63,629 nucleotides of DNA from Polaribacter sp. (GTDB lineage: Bacteria; Bacteroidota; Bacteroidia; Flavobacteriales; Flavobacteriaceae). Position 1 is the stretch's first letter, and every line of letters starts with the position of its first letter. The notes under the pieces are model-generated. The model had not been told where the DNA came from. It did not search any database and saw nothing but the letters and a program-made list of their open reading frames with translations. Below, piece after piece: positions 1 to 8,694 of the stretch. The stretch covers positions 1 to 63,629 of the forward strand of contig JBMYWO010000001.1 of assembly GCA_049607505.1 (NCBI GenBank). Reading direction: 5' to 3'. Position numbers and translations under genes: made by a program.

Positions 1-623
1 ATTTTAAAGAGGCAATGTTCTTATGGAAAGCCAATAACTTAGATTTTTGGTTGATGATTGCCACATTTGTTGCCACTTTAGTATTGGGAATTGAATACGG
101 AATTATGGTGGGTGTAGGGCTTTCATTGATCATTTTAATATTCAGAACATCAAGACCTTATATTACAGAATTAGGAAAAGTACCTAATTCAAATTTTTAC
201 AGAAATAAAAACCGATTTAAAGAAGTTATCATCAAAGATGATGTTTTGGTTTTTCGATTTGATGCACAATTATTTTATGCAAATGCGAGTTATTTTAGAG
301 AAAATTTAGACAAAATGGTAGCCGAAAAAGGAACCGCTTTAAAGTTGATTGTTTTAGATTCAGAAAGCATCAATAGAATAGATAGTACAGGAGTAGAAAT
401 GCTAAAAGAACGGATTAAATTTTATCAAAAAAAAGGGGTAACATTCTATTTTTCTGGCGTAAAAGGCCCTGTTAGAGATTCATTATTCAGAGGCGGATTG
501 TTAAAAATAATAGACCTTAATCACTTTTTTATGAGAGATAATGATGCTGTAAAATTTTATAAAACGGGAAACAGAAAGCGTCAAGAAAAATATGCTAAAT
601 ATATACATCAAGCGTACGATTAA
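1..623 (+). CDS. SulP-family anion transporter, C-terminal part with STAS domain (5' truncated by window edge)
   Basis: Frame open from the window start; last TM helices then STAS motifs (FRFDAQLFYANA, IVLD..IDSTG). Confidence 0.9.
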   Translation, partial: FKEAMFLWKANNLDFWLMIATFVATLVLGIEYGIMVGVGLSLIILIFRTSRPYITELGKVPNSNFYRNKNRFKEVIIKDDVLVFRFDAQLFYANASYFRENLDKMVAEKGTALKLIVLDSESINRIDSTGVEMLKERIKFYQKKGVTFYFSGVKGPVRDSLFRGGLLKIIDLNHFFMRDNDAVKFYKTGNRKRQEKYAKYIHQAYD

Positions 624-676
624 AAGAAGGTGATTTCTGATGCTTTTTTCAAATTTCCATCGTACCGAATCAATTT

Positions 677-1657
677 TTAGAAACTTCCAAAAGCTGAATT
701 AATATTAGGACAAGCTGCTGCTCTAGGTTCTTTTGTAAATAAATCTACACCAACAGAAATTTGATGAAAACCAGAATCTGTTAAAACAATGTCATTTAGC
801 TGTTTTGTGTAGCTATAAGAAAACATTAGTTTATTATAATTAATGCCAATAATTGGGGAAATGTATTGAGTGTTTTCTATGGCATCTGTATCAAAACCTC
901 TTCTGTAAGATAATACCGCCCATATTCTTGTTTGGGATATGGTTTTGTAGGCTTTTATATTAAAATCAGCAATCCTTTCTTTAGTTCCCTCTCTAAACTG
1001 AACCATAACAGAAGGTTCTAACTGTATAAAATTATCTCTACCATAATAATAGCCCGCAGAGAAAATATAGTTTCTTAAATCTAAAGGTTCAAAACGCAAA
1101 TTGTTTTTAGCTGTTAAAAATAAATTTTTAACGGTAAAATAAGAAGAGAAACCTCCTAAATGATATGCCATACTAAAATCTCCATTATAATAACTGGTAC
1201 TTTCTATAATACTTGCCACTTCAGGATCTCCAGTAAAAGTTCTTTGGTCAGATTGATTTTGAACAAATGTAAAAGCCAATCCAAAAGATAGTTGATTGAA
1301 TATACTACCGTCACTTAATTGTAAATGATATGCGTATGTGCCTTGAATTCCTTTTTGTGAATGGTATCCATTTTCGTCATTAAATAAAATAAGACCATAT
1401 CCTGCATTAGAGTATTCCCCAATTTTTGTATGAAAACTTAACGTTTGCAAAGTGGGCGCATCTGGTATTCCTGCCCATTGTTGTCTAGCGGTAAGGCGCA
1501 ATTTACTTGTATTGCCAATACCAGCCGCAGAAGGATGTACTAAATAAACATTGTCAGATAAATAATCTGTATATATAGGTAAGGTTTCTTGTGATGTATT
1601 TTTAGTTACAAAAAAAATGGTAAATAAAAAACTAAATTTTATACATGTTAACTTCAT
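677..1657 (-). CDS. Type IX secretion system membrane protein, PorP/SprF family
   Basis: HPSAAG...LTARQQWAGIPDAP motif and beta-barrel pattern typical of PorP/SprF. Confidence 0.88.
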   Translation of the reverse strand: MKLTCIKFSFLFTIFFVTKNTSQETLPIYTDYLSDNVYLVHPSAAGIGNTSKLRLTARQQWAGIPDAPTLQTLSFHTKIGEYSNAGYGLILFNDENGYHSQKGIQGTYAYHLQLSDGSIFNQLSFGLAFTFVQNQSDQRTFTGDPEVASIIESTSYYNGDFSMAYHLGGFSSYFTVKNLFLTAKNNLRFEPLDLRNYIFSAGYYYGRDNFIQLEPSVMVQFREGTKERIADFNIKAYKTISQTRIWAVLSYRRGFDTDAIENTQYISPIIGINYNKLMFSYSYTKQLNDIVLTDSGFHQISVGVDLFTKEPRAAACPNINSAFGSF

Positions 1658-1683
1658 TTAAAAAATAAATTATTTTAAGGTAT

Positions 1684-1691
1684 CAAATATA
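1684..1691 (-). promoter_or_regulatory. Bacteroidota -7 promoter element (TATATTTG) for the PorP/SprF gene
   Basis: Matches TAnnTTTG on the minus strand about 27 bp upstream of the start. Confidence 0.55.
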
Positions 1692-1873
1692 TGTTTTTAA
1701 AGTTAAAAGCGCATCATTTAAAATTAAAAAGGTTTACTATTGTATTCAAACTGTAAAATTTATTATTTATTGTCAATACTCAAAATAAGGATAATAGAAA
1801 TCAATTCTTATAAAGAATAACCGAGTTATATCATTTTAAGAACGTTTTTATTTTTTTATTTTTAATAATGTAT

Positions 1874-1881
1874 TATATTTG
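1874..1881 (+). promoter_or_regulatory. Bacteroidota -7 promoter element (TATATTTG) for the T9SS cargo gene
   Basis: TAnnTTTG 30 bp upstream of ATG 1912. Confidence 0.55.
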
Positions 1882-1911
1882 CAGTCATATTAACTATAAA
1901 AATCAAAATAT

Positions 1912-3504
1912 ATGAGAAAAATTATGTGTATAATGTTTTGCACAATCTTAACAAGCGTTGCTTGGTCTCAGAAGCTACATGTAACTTCAACTGGTCATGT
2001 AACCATTACACCAACAGCATTTGTATTTGCTGGAGGTGATGTTGAGGTTGAGGCAGGAGGAAGTATAACAGCAGAATCTAACGCAACAAACAGTTCGTCA
2101 TTTTTTGCGCCTAATGGTACAGGTAATGTTGTAGGTAATCTTACTTACAAGCGTTATGTAACAGGAGGTTCAGATTTATCAACTAACTGGCATATTGTTT
2201 CTGCGCCATTTAGTGGTCAAACAATTGGTGCTTTTATTACAGATGATGCGTCAAATGACATTACCCAGTCAGGAACAACTGATAATTATGCTGTTGCTTA
2301 TTATAACAACGCAAATAATGTAGGTGAAAGATGGGTATATCATAACGCTTCAGTTACTAGTGCTAATCAAGCCAATTTAACAAATGTTGCTTTTGAAAGT
2401 AGTAGAGGTTATAGTATGCACAGAGATGCCGTTGGAACTTATAGTTTTGTAGGAACTATGGCTACGGCTAATGATGAGGAGTTTACTTTAGTTGCTGGTG
2501 CTTCTGGTTCTTGGGATTGGAATGCTATAGGAAATCCGTTTCCTTCACATCTATCTACAGCTTCATTATTTGCTAATAATACTGCTGTTTTAGAATCAAA
2601 CCATAACGCTTTATACATATGGGATCATACAAGCCCAGATCAAGGTGTTGGTTCACATAGATATGTTGTTAATAATAATGCAACATTAGCAACTACACAA
2701 TTACATCCTGGTCAAGCATTTGTTGTTAAAGCGGCAAGTAATGGTTCGGTATTTAGATTTGCAGAAGGTTTGCAAAATATTCAAGATGCAACTTCTACTT
2801 TTAATAGAACGGAAGCTGTACCAACTCTAGACGTTAGTTTGTCTAATGGAAGCCAAACTTCTAAAACAATGTTAAAGTATTTTCCAAATACAACATCTGG
2901 TTTAGATATTGGTTGGGATGCAGGTACTTTTAGAGATGGTACACCAAGTCTTTCTATAGATACGCACTTGATAAATGATAGCCAAGGAGTTGATTTTATG
3001 TTACAATGTTTATCAGACAGTAACTATGAAGCAAATATTGTTCCTTTATCAGTAAAAGCTTCCGCAGGCGAAGAGATTACTTTTAATGCAGTAGCAACTA
3101 ACTTACCATCAGATATAAATGTGTATGTAGAAGATAAAATTAACAACACTATCGAAAAAATCAATGATGCCTCTTATACAGTAACATTGACAGATGCCGT
3201 TAACGGAATAGGATACTTCTATTTACATACATCAAGAACTGCTTTGAGTATAGATAATACGAATGTGTTAAATACAGTAAATCTTTATAAGACTAGCAAT
3301 AGCAATCTTAGAATAACAGGATTACAAGAAGAAGGAAAAGCTTCTGTAAAAATGTATAGCTTAACAGGGCAAGAAGTACTTGAACATTCATTTACAATGC
3401 AAAGAGTAAATGACGTTACTTTGCCAAGTTTAAAAACTGGAGTGTATCTAGTTCAAGTAGTATCTGAAAATGGTAAGTATACTAAAAAACTGATTATAGA
3501 ATAA
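1912..3504 (+). CDS. Secreted protein with T9SS type A C-terminal sorting domain
   Basis: Signal peptide; WHIVSAP, WNAIGNPFPS and GQAF motifs; C-terminus ...GVYLVQV...TKKLIIE. Confidence 0.9.
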   Translation: MRKIMCIMFCTILTSVAWSQKLHVTSTGHVTITPTAFVFAGGDVEVEAGGSITAESNATNSSSFFAPNGTGNVVGNLTYKRYVTGGSDLSTNWHIVSAPFSGQTIGAFITDDASNDITQSGTTDNYAVAYYNNANNVGERWVYHNASVTSANQANLTNVAFESSRGYSMHRDAVGTYSFVGTMATANDEEFTLVAGASGSWDWNAIGNPFPSHLSTASLFANNTAVLESNHNALYIWDHTSPDQGVGSHRYVVNNNATLATTQLHPGQAFVVKAASNGSVFRFAEGLQNIQDATSTFNRTEAVPTLDVSLSNGSQTSKTMLKYFPNTTSGLDIGWDAGTFRDGTPSLSIDTHLINDSQGVDFMLQCLSDSNYEANIVPLSVKASAGEEITFNAVATNLPSDINVYVEDKINNTIEKINDASYTVTLTDAVNGIGYFYLHTSRTALSIDNTNVLNTVNLYKTSNSNLRITGLQEEGKASVKMYSLTGQEVLEHSFTMQRVNDVTLPSLKTGVYLVQVVSENGKYTKKLIIE

Positions 3505-3539
3505 TAATTTAGAAATATACTTAAAAATTTAAGAATAAG

Positions 3540-3707
3540 ATGAACGATACAAACAAAACACAAGATAATATCTCACGTAAAGAGGCTTTGTCTAAAATAG
3601 GAAACTACGGTAAGTATGCAGCTTTAACAGCATTAGGAACGTACATGGTTTTAAATCCACAAAAGGCGCAAGCTGCTAGTGCAGATCCTCCAGGAACAGG
3701 ATTTTAA
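3540..3707 (+). CDS. Small 55-aa protein with Tat-like signal (not in ORF track)
   Basis: Manual translation MNDTNKTQDNISRKEALSKIGNYGKYAALTALGTYMVLNPQKAQAASADPPGTGF; fills the gap between co-oriented genes. Confidence 0.75.
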   Translation: MNDTNKTQDNISRKEALSKIGNYGKYAALTALGTYMVLNPQKAQAASADPPGTGF

Positions 3708-3864
3708 TAAACCTATTTATTATTGGCGAAGTCCAAGCACAACAAAAAATATAATAAACAAATTTTAAAGAAATTTGTAAAGAATAAAAAAAGACTTACT
3801 AAATAAAGTAATATGTTAGTCTTTAAAATTTAAATAACAAAAACAAACATTAAATAATACAATT

Positions 3865-4380
3865 ATGAAAAAAATAATACTAAGTGTTGCATTAATTGCA
3901 GTAAGCTTTACAACAGTTGCCCAAGTAGGTATAGGAACTATGACTCCTACCAATGCATTAGAAGTGCATTTCAATAATACAATTTTTGATGGTATTAAAG
4001 TTGTAAATAACGATGCTATGTCTTCCAATGGTTTCAAATATCTTTATCTAGGAGTAGCTGGAACTACCGCTGATCCAACAATTTCAAAATGGGATAATGC
4101 TGGAGTAGTAGAATCTGCTACTGATGGAGGACTTATACTTGGAGCTTATGCTACTGGCGCACAAATAAAATTTCAACTTTCTGCTAGAAGTGTAGATGCA
4201 ATGGTAATAGATGCTAACGGTTCAGTTGGTATAGGAGTGCCTTTTGGAGCTAATCCTACTTCAAAATTACAAGTAGTTGGTTTGCCTGTACATGCGGACA
4301 ATACAGCTGCGACTGCAGCTGGATTAACAGCTGGAGCTTTTTATCATAGTGGAGACGGTATGGTAAGAGTAGTATTCTAA
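3865..4380 (+). CDS. Secreted hypothetical protein with QVGIGT/VGIG repeats
   Basis: Signal peptide ending AQ, then VGIGTMTP..ALEV; second GSVGIG..NPTSKLQV unit. Confidence 0.8.
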   Translation: MKKIILSVALIAVSFTTVAQVGIGTMTPTNALEVHFNNTIFDGIKVVNNDAMSSNGFKYLYLGVAGTTADPTISKWDNAGVVESATDGGLILGAYATGAQIKFQLSARSVDAMVIDANGSVGIGVPFGANPTSKLQVVGLPVHADNTAATAAGLTAGAFYHSGDGMVRVVF

Positions 4381-4401
4381 AAGTGATTTAATAATATAGT
4401 T

Positions 4402-4438
4402 AAAAAAAACTCTACTAATTTTTTAGTAGAGTTTTTTT
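4402..4438. terminator. Rho-independent terminator (bidirectional form)
   Basis: AAAAAAAACTCTACTA-loop-TAGTAGAGTTTTTTT inverted repeat after 4380. Confidence 0.75.
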
Positions 4439-4449
4439 AGATTTTAAAT

Positions 4450-4917
4450 ATGACGAAAATTTTGAAAAACACACACATAATAATATTAATTTTAGCATTA
4501 GCAAGTTGCAAACAAGAAACCTATAAAGTAGGTTATGTAAACCTTAATGAAATATACCCAAAGTTAACAGAACTTGTAAAGTCCGATAGTATTTATAGAA
4601 TTCAACAACAAGAAGTAGAAAACTATGCGGTATCTGTTAACAACCGATTAAAAGAAAAAAGGCTAAAAGAAAAAGCATTGCAGGAATTAACAAAAAAATA
4701 TAATGATACCCTCACAGCTTTTAAACAACGAATAGACAAAGCTTATACTACAGTGTTAAATACCGAAAACAGCAAAATACAAAAAGCCATAGATAGTATA
4801 AGTAAACTATATAACTATGAATATGTACTTTCTACCAAGAATAGTAGTATTTTATTTGTAAAAGACACTACAAATAATTTAACACCACACATATTAAGAG
4901 CTTTAGGTTTAAAGTAA
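4450..4917 (+). CDS. OmpH/Skp-like lipoprotein
   Basis: Lipobox LASC, KVGYVN, coiled-coil middle, YEYVL...ILF...NLT..IL C-terminus. Confidence 0.72.
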   Translation: MTKILKNTHIIILILALASCKQETYKVGYVNLNEIYPKLTELVKSDSIYRIQQQEVENYAVSVNNRLKEKRLKEKALQELTKKYNDTLTAFKQRIDKAYTTVLNTENSKIQKAIDSISKLYNYEYVLSTKNSSILFVKDTTNNLTPHILRALGLK

Positions 4918-5290
4918 AAAATAGTTAGCAGTCTTTAAGTAGCAGTTATTCAGTAAATAGTAGGCGCAAAATAAAAAGTAAACCTAAGTTTTTCATACCC
5001 TTATTCTATTATGTAAGAAAATAATGAGAGGTGTATTCATAAATAAATCTTCTTAAAAAATCATAAAAGGGTGTATAACATTTTGTCGCATTTAATAAAA
5101 AGACTAAAATTCTTGTCTCATTAAAACAAGCTACCATTGATGTGTTTTTTATAACCACTTACCACATAGATTCTGTGTTCATTACCAACAAAAAATCTAT
5201 ATTTTTTTATACCTTGCATATCTAAAACGGCTTTAAGCCAGTTTCTAAAGAGCAATTTGCATTTTTAATTCATTTGCTCTTTTTTCTTGT

Positions 5291-5787
5291 TCATAATTTT
5301 TGATACCTGAGTTCTATGTTTTGATATTTTTGGTATGCTGTTATATCTTTAGATACCTTATTAACAAAAGCAGTTTTCTTATTTATAGACAAAGTTACTT
5401 TTATTTTATCCAAACTCTTTTCTATCTAGCATTAAGGCTAGATAATCATCAATCTTATCTTTACGTTGCAAACCTGCCATCCAAGTTCCTGTGTATTCTG
5501 TAAAACTGCGCTTGCAAGATTTACATTTATAACGTTGAGAACCTTTATCAATACCAAATTTTACATATTTTGGATGACCGCAATGGGCACAACAGCCTAA
5601 CTTATTATCCAGTTGAAACCGTCTCAATTCTTGACTTTTTACTCTAGGAATTGATGTTGTTGATTCTTCAGACAACTCCTTTAATAACTCTTGTCTTTCT
5701 ATTAGTGAAAGTGTCGATATTCCTTTCTTTATATCTTGTAAATTCATAACGTAAATATACAAATAATAGCTAAATTAAACTAGAGCC
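5291..5787 (-). mobile_element. IS1595-family transposase remnant (frameshifted, catalytic core missing)
   Basis: Zn-ribbon CAHC..KFG..GSQRYKCKSCKRSF; continues in another frame as SLDKIKVTLSINKKTAF then ends quickly; putative left end GGCTCTAGTTTAATTTAG at 5787-5770. Confidence 0.75.
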
Positions 5788-5789
5788 TT

Positions 5790-6123
5790 TTTTTATGATA
5801 AACGACTAAATCCCGAAAACCTAAACGAATTGAGTATATATCTAGCTTGAGTGCAAAGGTAGAAAAGTTTAACCAACTCATTCGTTCTCATTGGGGGATA
5901 GAAAATAAACTACATTGGGTACTTGATGTCAATTTTAATGAAGATACTTCAAGAATACGAAAAGGATATGCTGACCAAAATATGTCTATCATCAAACGTA
6001 TTGCTCTTAATATCATTAAAAAACACCATAACAAGAAACTAAGTATCAAAAGAAAAAGATATAAACTGCTCTTGATGATCAATTTAGACATCAAATCTTA
6101 AATATTTAGATCCGATTGCCCTG
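5790..6123 (+). mobile_element. ISAs1-family transposase 3' remnant with right terminal repeat
   Basis: YISSL...IRSHWGIENKLHWVLDVNFNED signature; ends ATCCGATTGCCCTG (ISAs1-type end). Left boundary approximate. Confidence 0.85.
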
Positions 6124-6188
6124 ATACTATTTTACAACAAAAATTATACAATCAAGAAATACTTATCTTTGTAATCTAATACTTTTTT

Positions 6189-6389
6189 ATGAAATTACTT
6201 TTTATCACAATTGGTTTACTTGCAATTGCTTTTGCAGGAATTGCTATAAAAATTTGGGGCAAAAAAGGTGGTGAGTTTGCTGGAACTTGCGCTAGCCAAA
6301 ATCCAATGTTAAATAATACCGGTGAGTCTTGTGGATTTTGTGGTAAAACTCCAGATAAATTTGACACTTGTACAGAACCACAACACTAA
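6189..6389 (+). CDS. Small membrane-anchored Cys-containing protein conserved in Bacteroidota
   Basis: N-terminal TM helix, GEFAGTCASQNP and CGFCG motifs; TATCTTTG promoter element at 6164-6171. Confidence 0.75.
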   Translation: MKLLFITIGLLAIAFAGIAIKIWGKKGGEFAGTCASQNPMLNNTGESCGFCGKTPDKFDTCTEPQH

Positions 6390-6506
6390 AATTTTTCTTA
6401 AGGTTTTTATTTTTTTGAGTTTTTATAGACTATCATAATTATCTGTCTGTTTTATTTTACACACAGTATTACAAATTCTTATATTTATCGTAAAACTGAT
6501 TCCAAA

Positions 6507-7079
6507 TTGTACCTATTGAAAATAACGGAAAAACAACTTCATAAACATATAGAAAAAGCAAAGAGTGGAAATCAGTCTGCTTTTAGTTTTTTACTAGATC
6601 AATTTTGGGTAGAAGTTTATAATTTTCAGTTAAAAAGAACAAAAAATGATAATGATGCAGAAGATATTACCATTCAAACATTTTCTAAAGCCTTTGATAA
6701 AATTGATTCTTTTGATAAAAAATATAAGTTTAAAACGTGGTTAATTACTATTTCCAAAAATATTCATATTGATTTAATTCGAAAGAAAAAGTCTTCAATA
6801 TCTATAGAAACTACAAAAGAGCAAGAAAATGAAGTATATACCATTATTGATGAAAACCCAACCCCAGAAGATACAATTATTAGAGAACAAAATTTGGCGA
6901 AATTATTGCGAGATATTAAACAATTAAAACCTAAATATCAAGAAGTTATCAATCTTAGATACTTTCAAGAATTAAGTTATAAAGAAATTTCAAAACAAAT
7001 TAACGAACCCATTAACAACGTAAAAGTGAAATTATTGCGTGCTAAAAAATTGTTGGCAAGAATTATTAAAAAGTCATAA
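6507..7079 (+). CDS. ECF RNA polymerase sigma-70 factor (start possibly TTG 6516)
   Basis: Region 2 DAEDIT..F..WL.I; region 4 LRYFQELSYKEI...VKVKLLRAK. Confidence 0.92.
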   Translation: MYLLKITEKQLHKHIEKAKSGNQSAFSFLLDQFWVEVYNFQLKRTKNDNDAEDITIQTFSKAFDKIDSFDKKYKFKTWLITISKNIHIDLIRKKKSSISIETTKEQENEVYTIIDENPTPEDTIIREQNLAKLLRDIKQLKPKYQEVINLRYFQELSYKEISKQINEPINNVKVKLLRAKKLLARIIKKS

Positions 7080-7116
7080 AATGATAGAATAAAAACTTAC
7101 GATTTATATCCTAAAA

Positions 7117-8337
7117 ATGAAAAAAACATTCTTAAACTCTTTAGGGCCAGGTTTATTATTTGCTGGTGCCGCTATTGGCGTATCGCATTTGGTTCAATCT
7201 ACAAGAGCGGGAGCAGAATTTGGTTTTGGTTTGTTGTGGGCTTTGTTGTTGGTGCATTTATTCAAATATCCTTTTTTTGAATTTGGTCCACGCTATGCAG
7301 CTGCCACAGGAGAAACTTTATTAGACGGATATAAAAAGCTAGGTAAAAGTGTTTTAATAATTTACTACCTCCTCAATTTTGCGACAATGTTTACTATACA
7401 GGCAGCAGTAACCATTGTTACTGCAAGTTTAGCATCACAATTATTTGGGTTTACAGATCATCTTGTTTTATGGTCAGCCGTCATTATGGGTATCAGTTTT
7501 GTTATACTATTAATAGGTAAATACAAATTGTTAGATAATCTGATGAAATATATTATCATTTTACTCACAATTAGCACTTTAATTGCTGTAAATGTTGCAT
7601 TATTTAGTACAAAAGACAGTTTTGATTTCACACAAATTTTTCCGTCAGGAACTATAGAAATTACATTTTTAATTGCCTTTTTAGGATGGATGCCAGCACC
7701 ATTAGATGTATCTATCTGGCATTCTATCTGGACGGTTGAAAAAGACAAAACCACCGTAGAGAAAATGAAACCCAAACAAGCTATTTTCGATTTTAATGTA
7801 GGTTATATTGGTACGCTATTTTTAGGTGTATGCTTTGTGCTTTTAGGAGCTTTGGTCATGTTTCATTCTGGACAAACTTTTTCTAACAAAGGAGCTGTTT
7901 TTGCTTCGCAATTAATACAATTATACACTAAAAATTTAGGTGATTTTTCGTATATCTTCATTGCTGTTGCTGCTTTTACGACGATGTTTAGTACCACCAT
8001 TACTACATTAGATGCATCACCTAGAGTAATGACAAGAACAACAAATTTAATTTTTAATAAAAAAACAATATTTAGCTATTGGTTCTGGATTTTATTTTTA
8101 GGAATTGGTACGTTTATTATTTTAAATTATTTTATGAATAATATGGGGATAATGGTAAAAATTGCCACTATTTTATCTTTTTTAACCGCCCCTTTTTATG
8201 CTATTCTCAACTATCTCTTACTCACTGGAAAACATACCCCCAAAGAACATCAACCAACTATTTATTTAAAAATTTTAAGTTGGATTGGTATTATTTTTTT
8301 AGTTGGATTTAGTATTTGGTTTTTAATCAGTTTCTAA
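7117..8337 (+). CDS. NRAMP-family (MntH-like) divalent metal transporter
   Basis: LGPGLLFAGAAIGVSHLVQSTRAGA N-terminal motif, about 11 TM segments. Confidence 0.8.
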   Translation: MKKTFLNSLGPGLLFAGAAIGVSHLVQSTRAGAEFGFGLLWALLLVHLFKYPFFEFGPRYAAATGETLLDGYKKLGKSVLIIYYLLNFATMFTIQAAVTIVTASLASQLFGFTDHLVLWSAVIMGISFVILLIGKYKLLDNLMKYIIILLTISTLIAVNVALFSTKDSFDFTQIFPSGTIEITFLIAFLGWMPAPLDVSIWHSIWTVEKDKTTVEKMKPKQAIFDFNVGYIGTLFLGVCFVLLGALVMFHSGQTFSNKGAVFASQLIQLYTKNLGDFSYIFIAVAAFTTMFSTTITTLDASPRVMTRTTNLIFNKKTIFSYWFWILFLGIGTFIILNYFMNNMGIMVKIATILSFLTAPFYAILNYLLLTGKHTPKEHQPTIYLKILSWIGIIFLVGFSIWFLISF

Positions 8338-8345
8338 AATACATT

Positions 8346-8610
8346 TCAATACAAATAGCTCATTTTTCCTTGTTGAAAATCGCGCATAGCTTCCATAATT
8401 TCAGTTTGTGTATTCATTACATAAGGACCGTATTGAGCAATTTTTTCGTTAATGGGTTTTCCAGAAAGTACTAACAATGTACTTTTATTTTTGGCTTCTA
8501 TCTGAATAGCATTTCCATCTTGGTGAAAGGTAAGCATTTGAGTTGCTCCTTTTTTTAATGTTGCTTCCTTATTTATCAAAACTTCTCCGTCTAATAAATA
8601 AATAAACGTT
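8346..8610 (-). pseudogene. Pirin-family C-terminal fragment
   Basis: LVLSGKPINEKIAQYGPYVMNTQTEI..A..DFQ.G is the pirin C-terminal motif; N-terminal cupin absent. Confidence 0.8.
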
Positions 8611-8694
8611 GTTTAAATTAACATTTTAACATTTATTTTGGTTATTTAACATTTAATTAAGATATTTACACCAATAATTCAAATTTATTAAATA

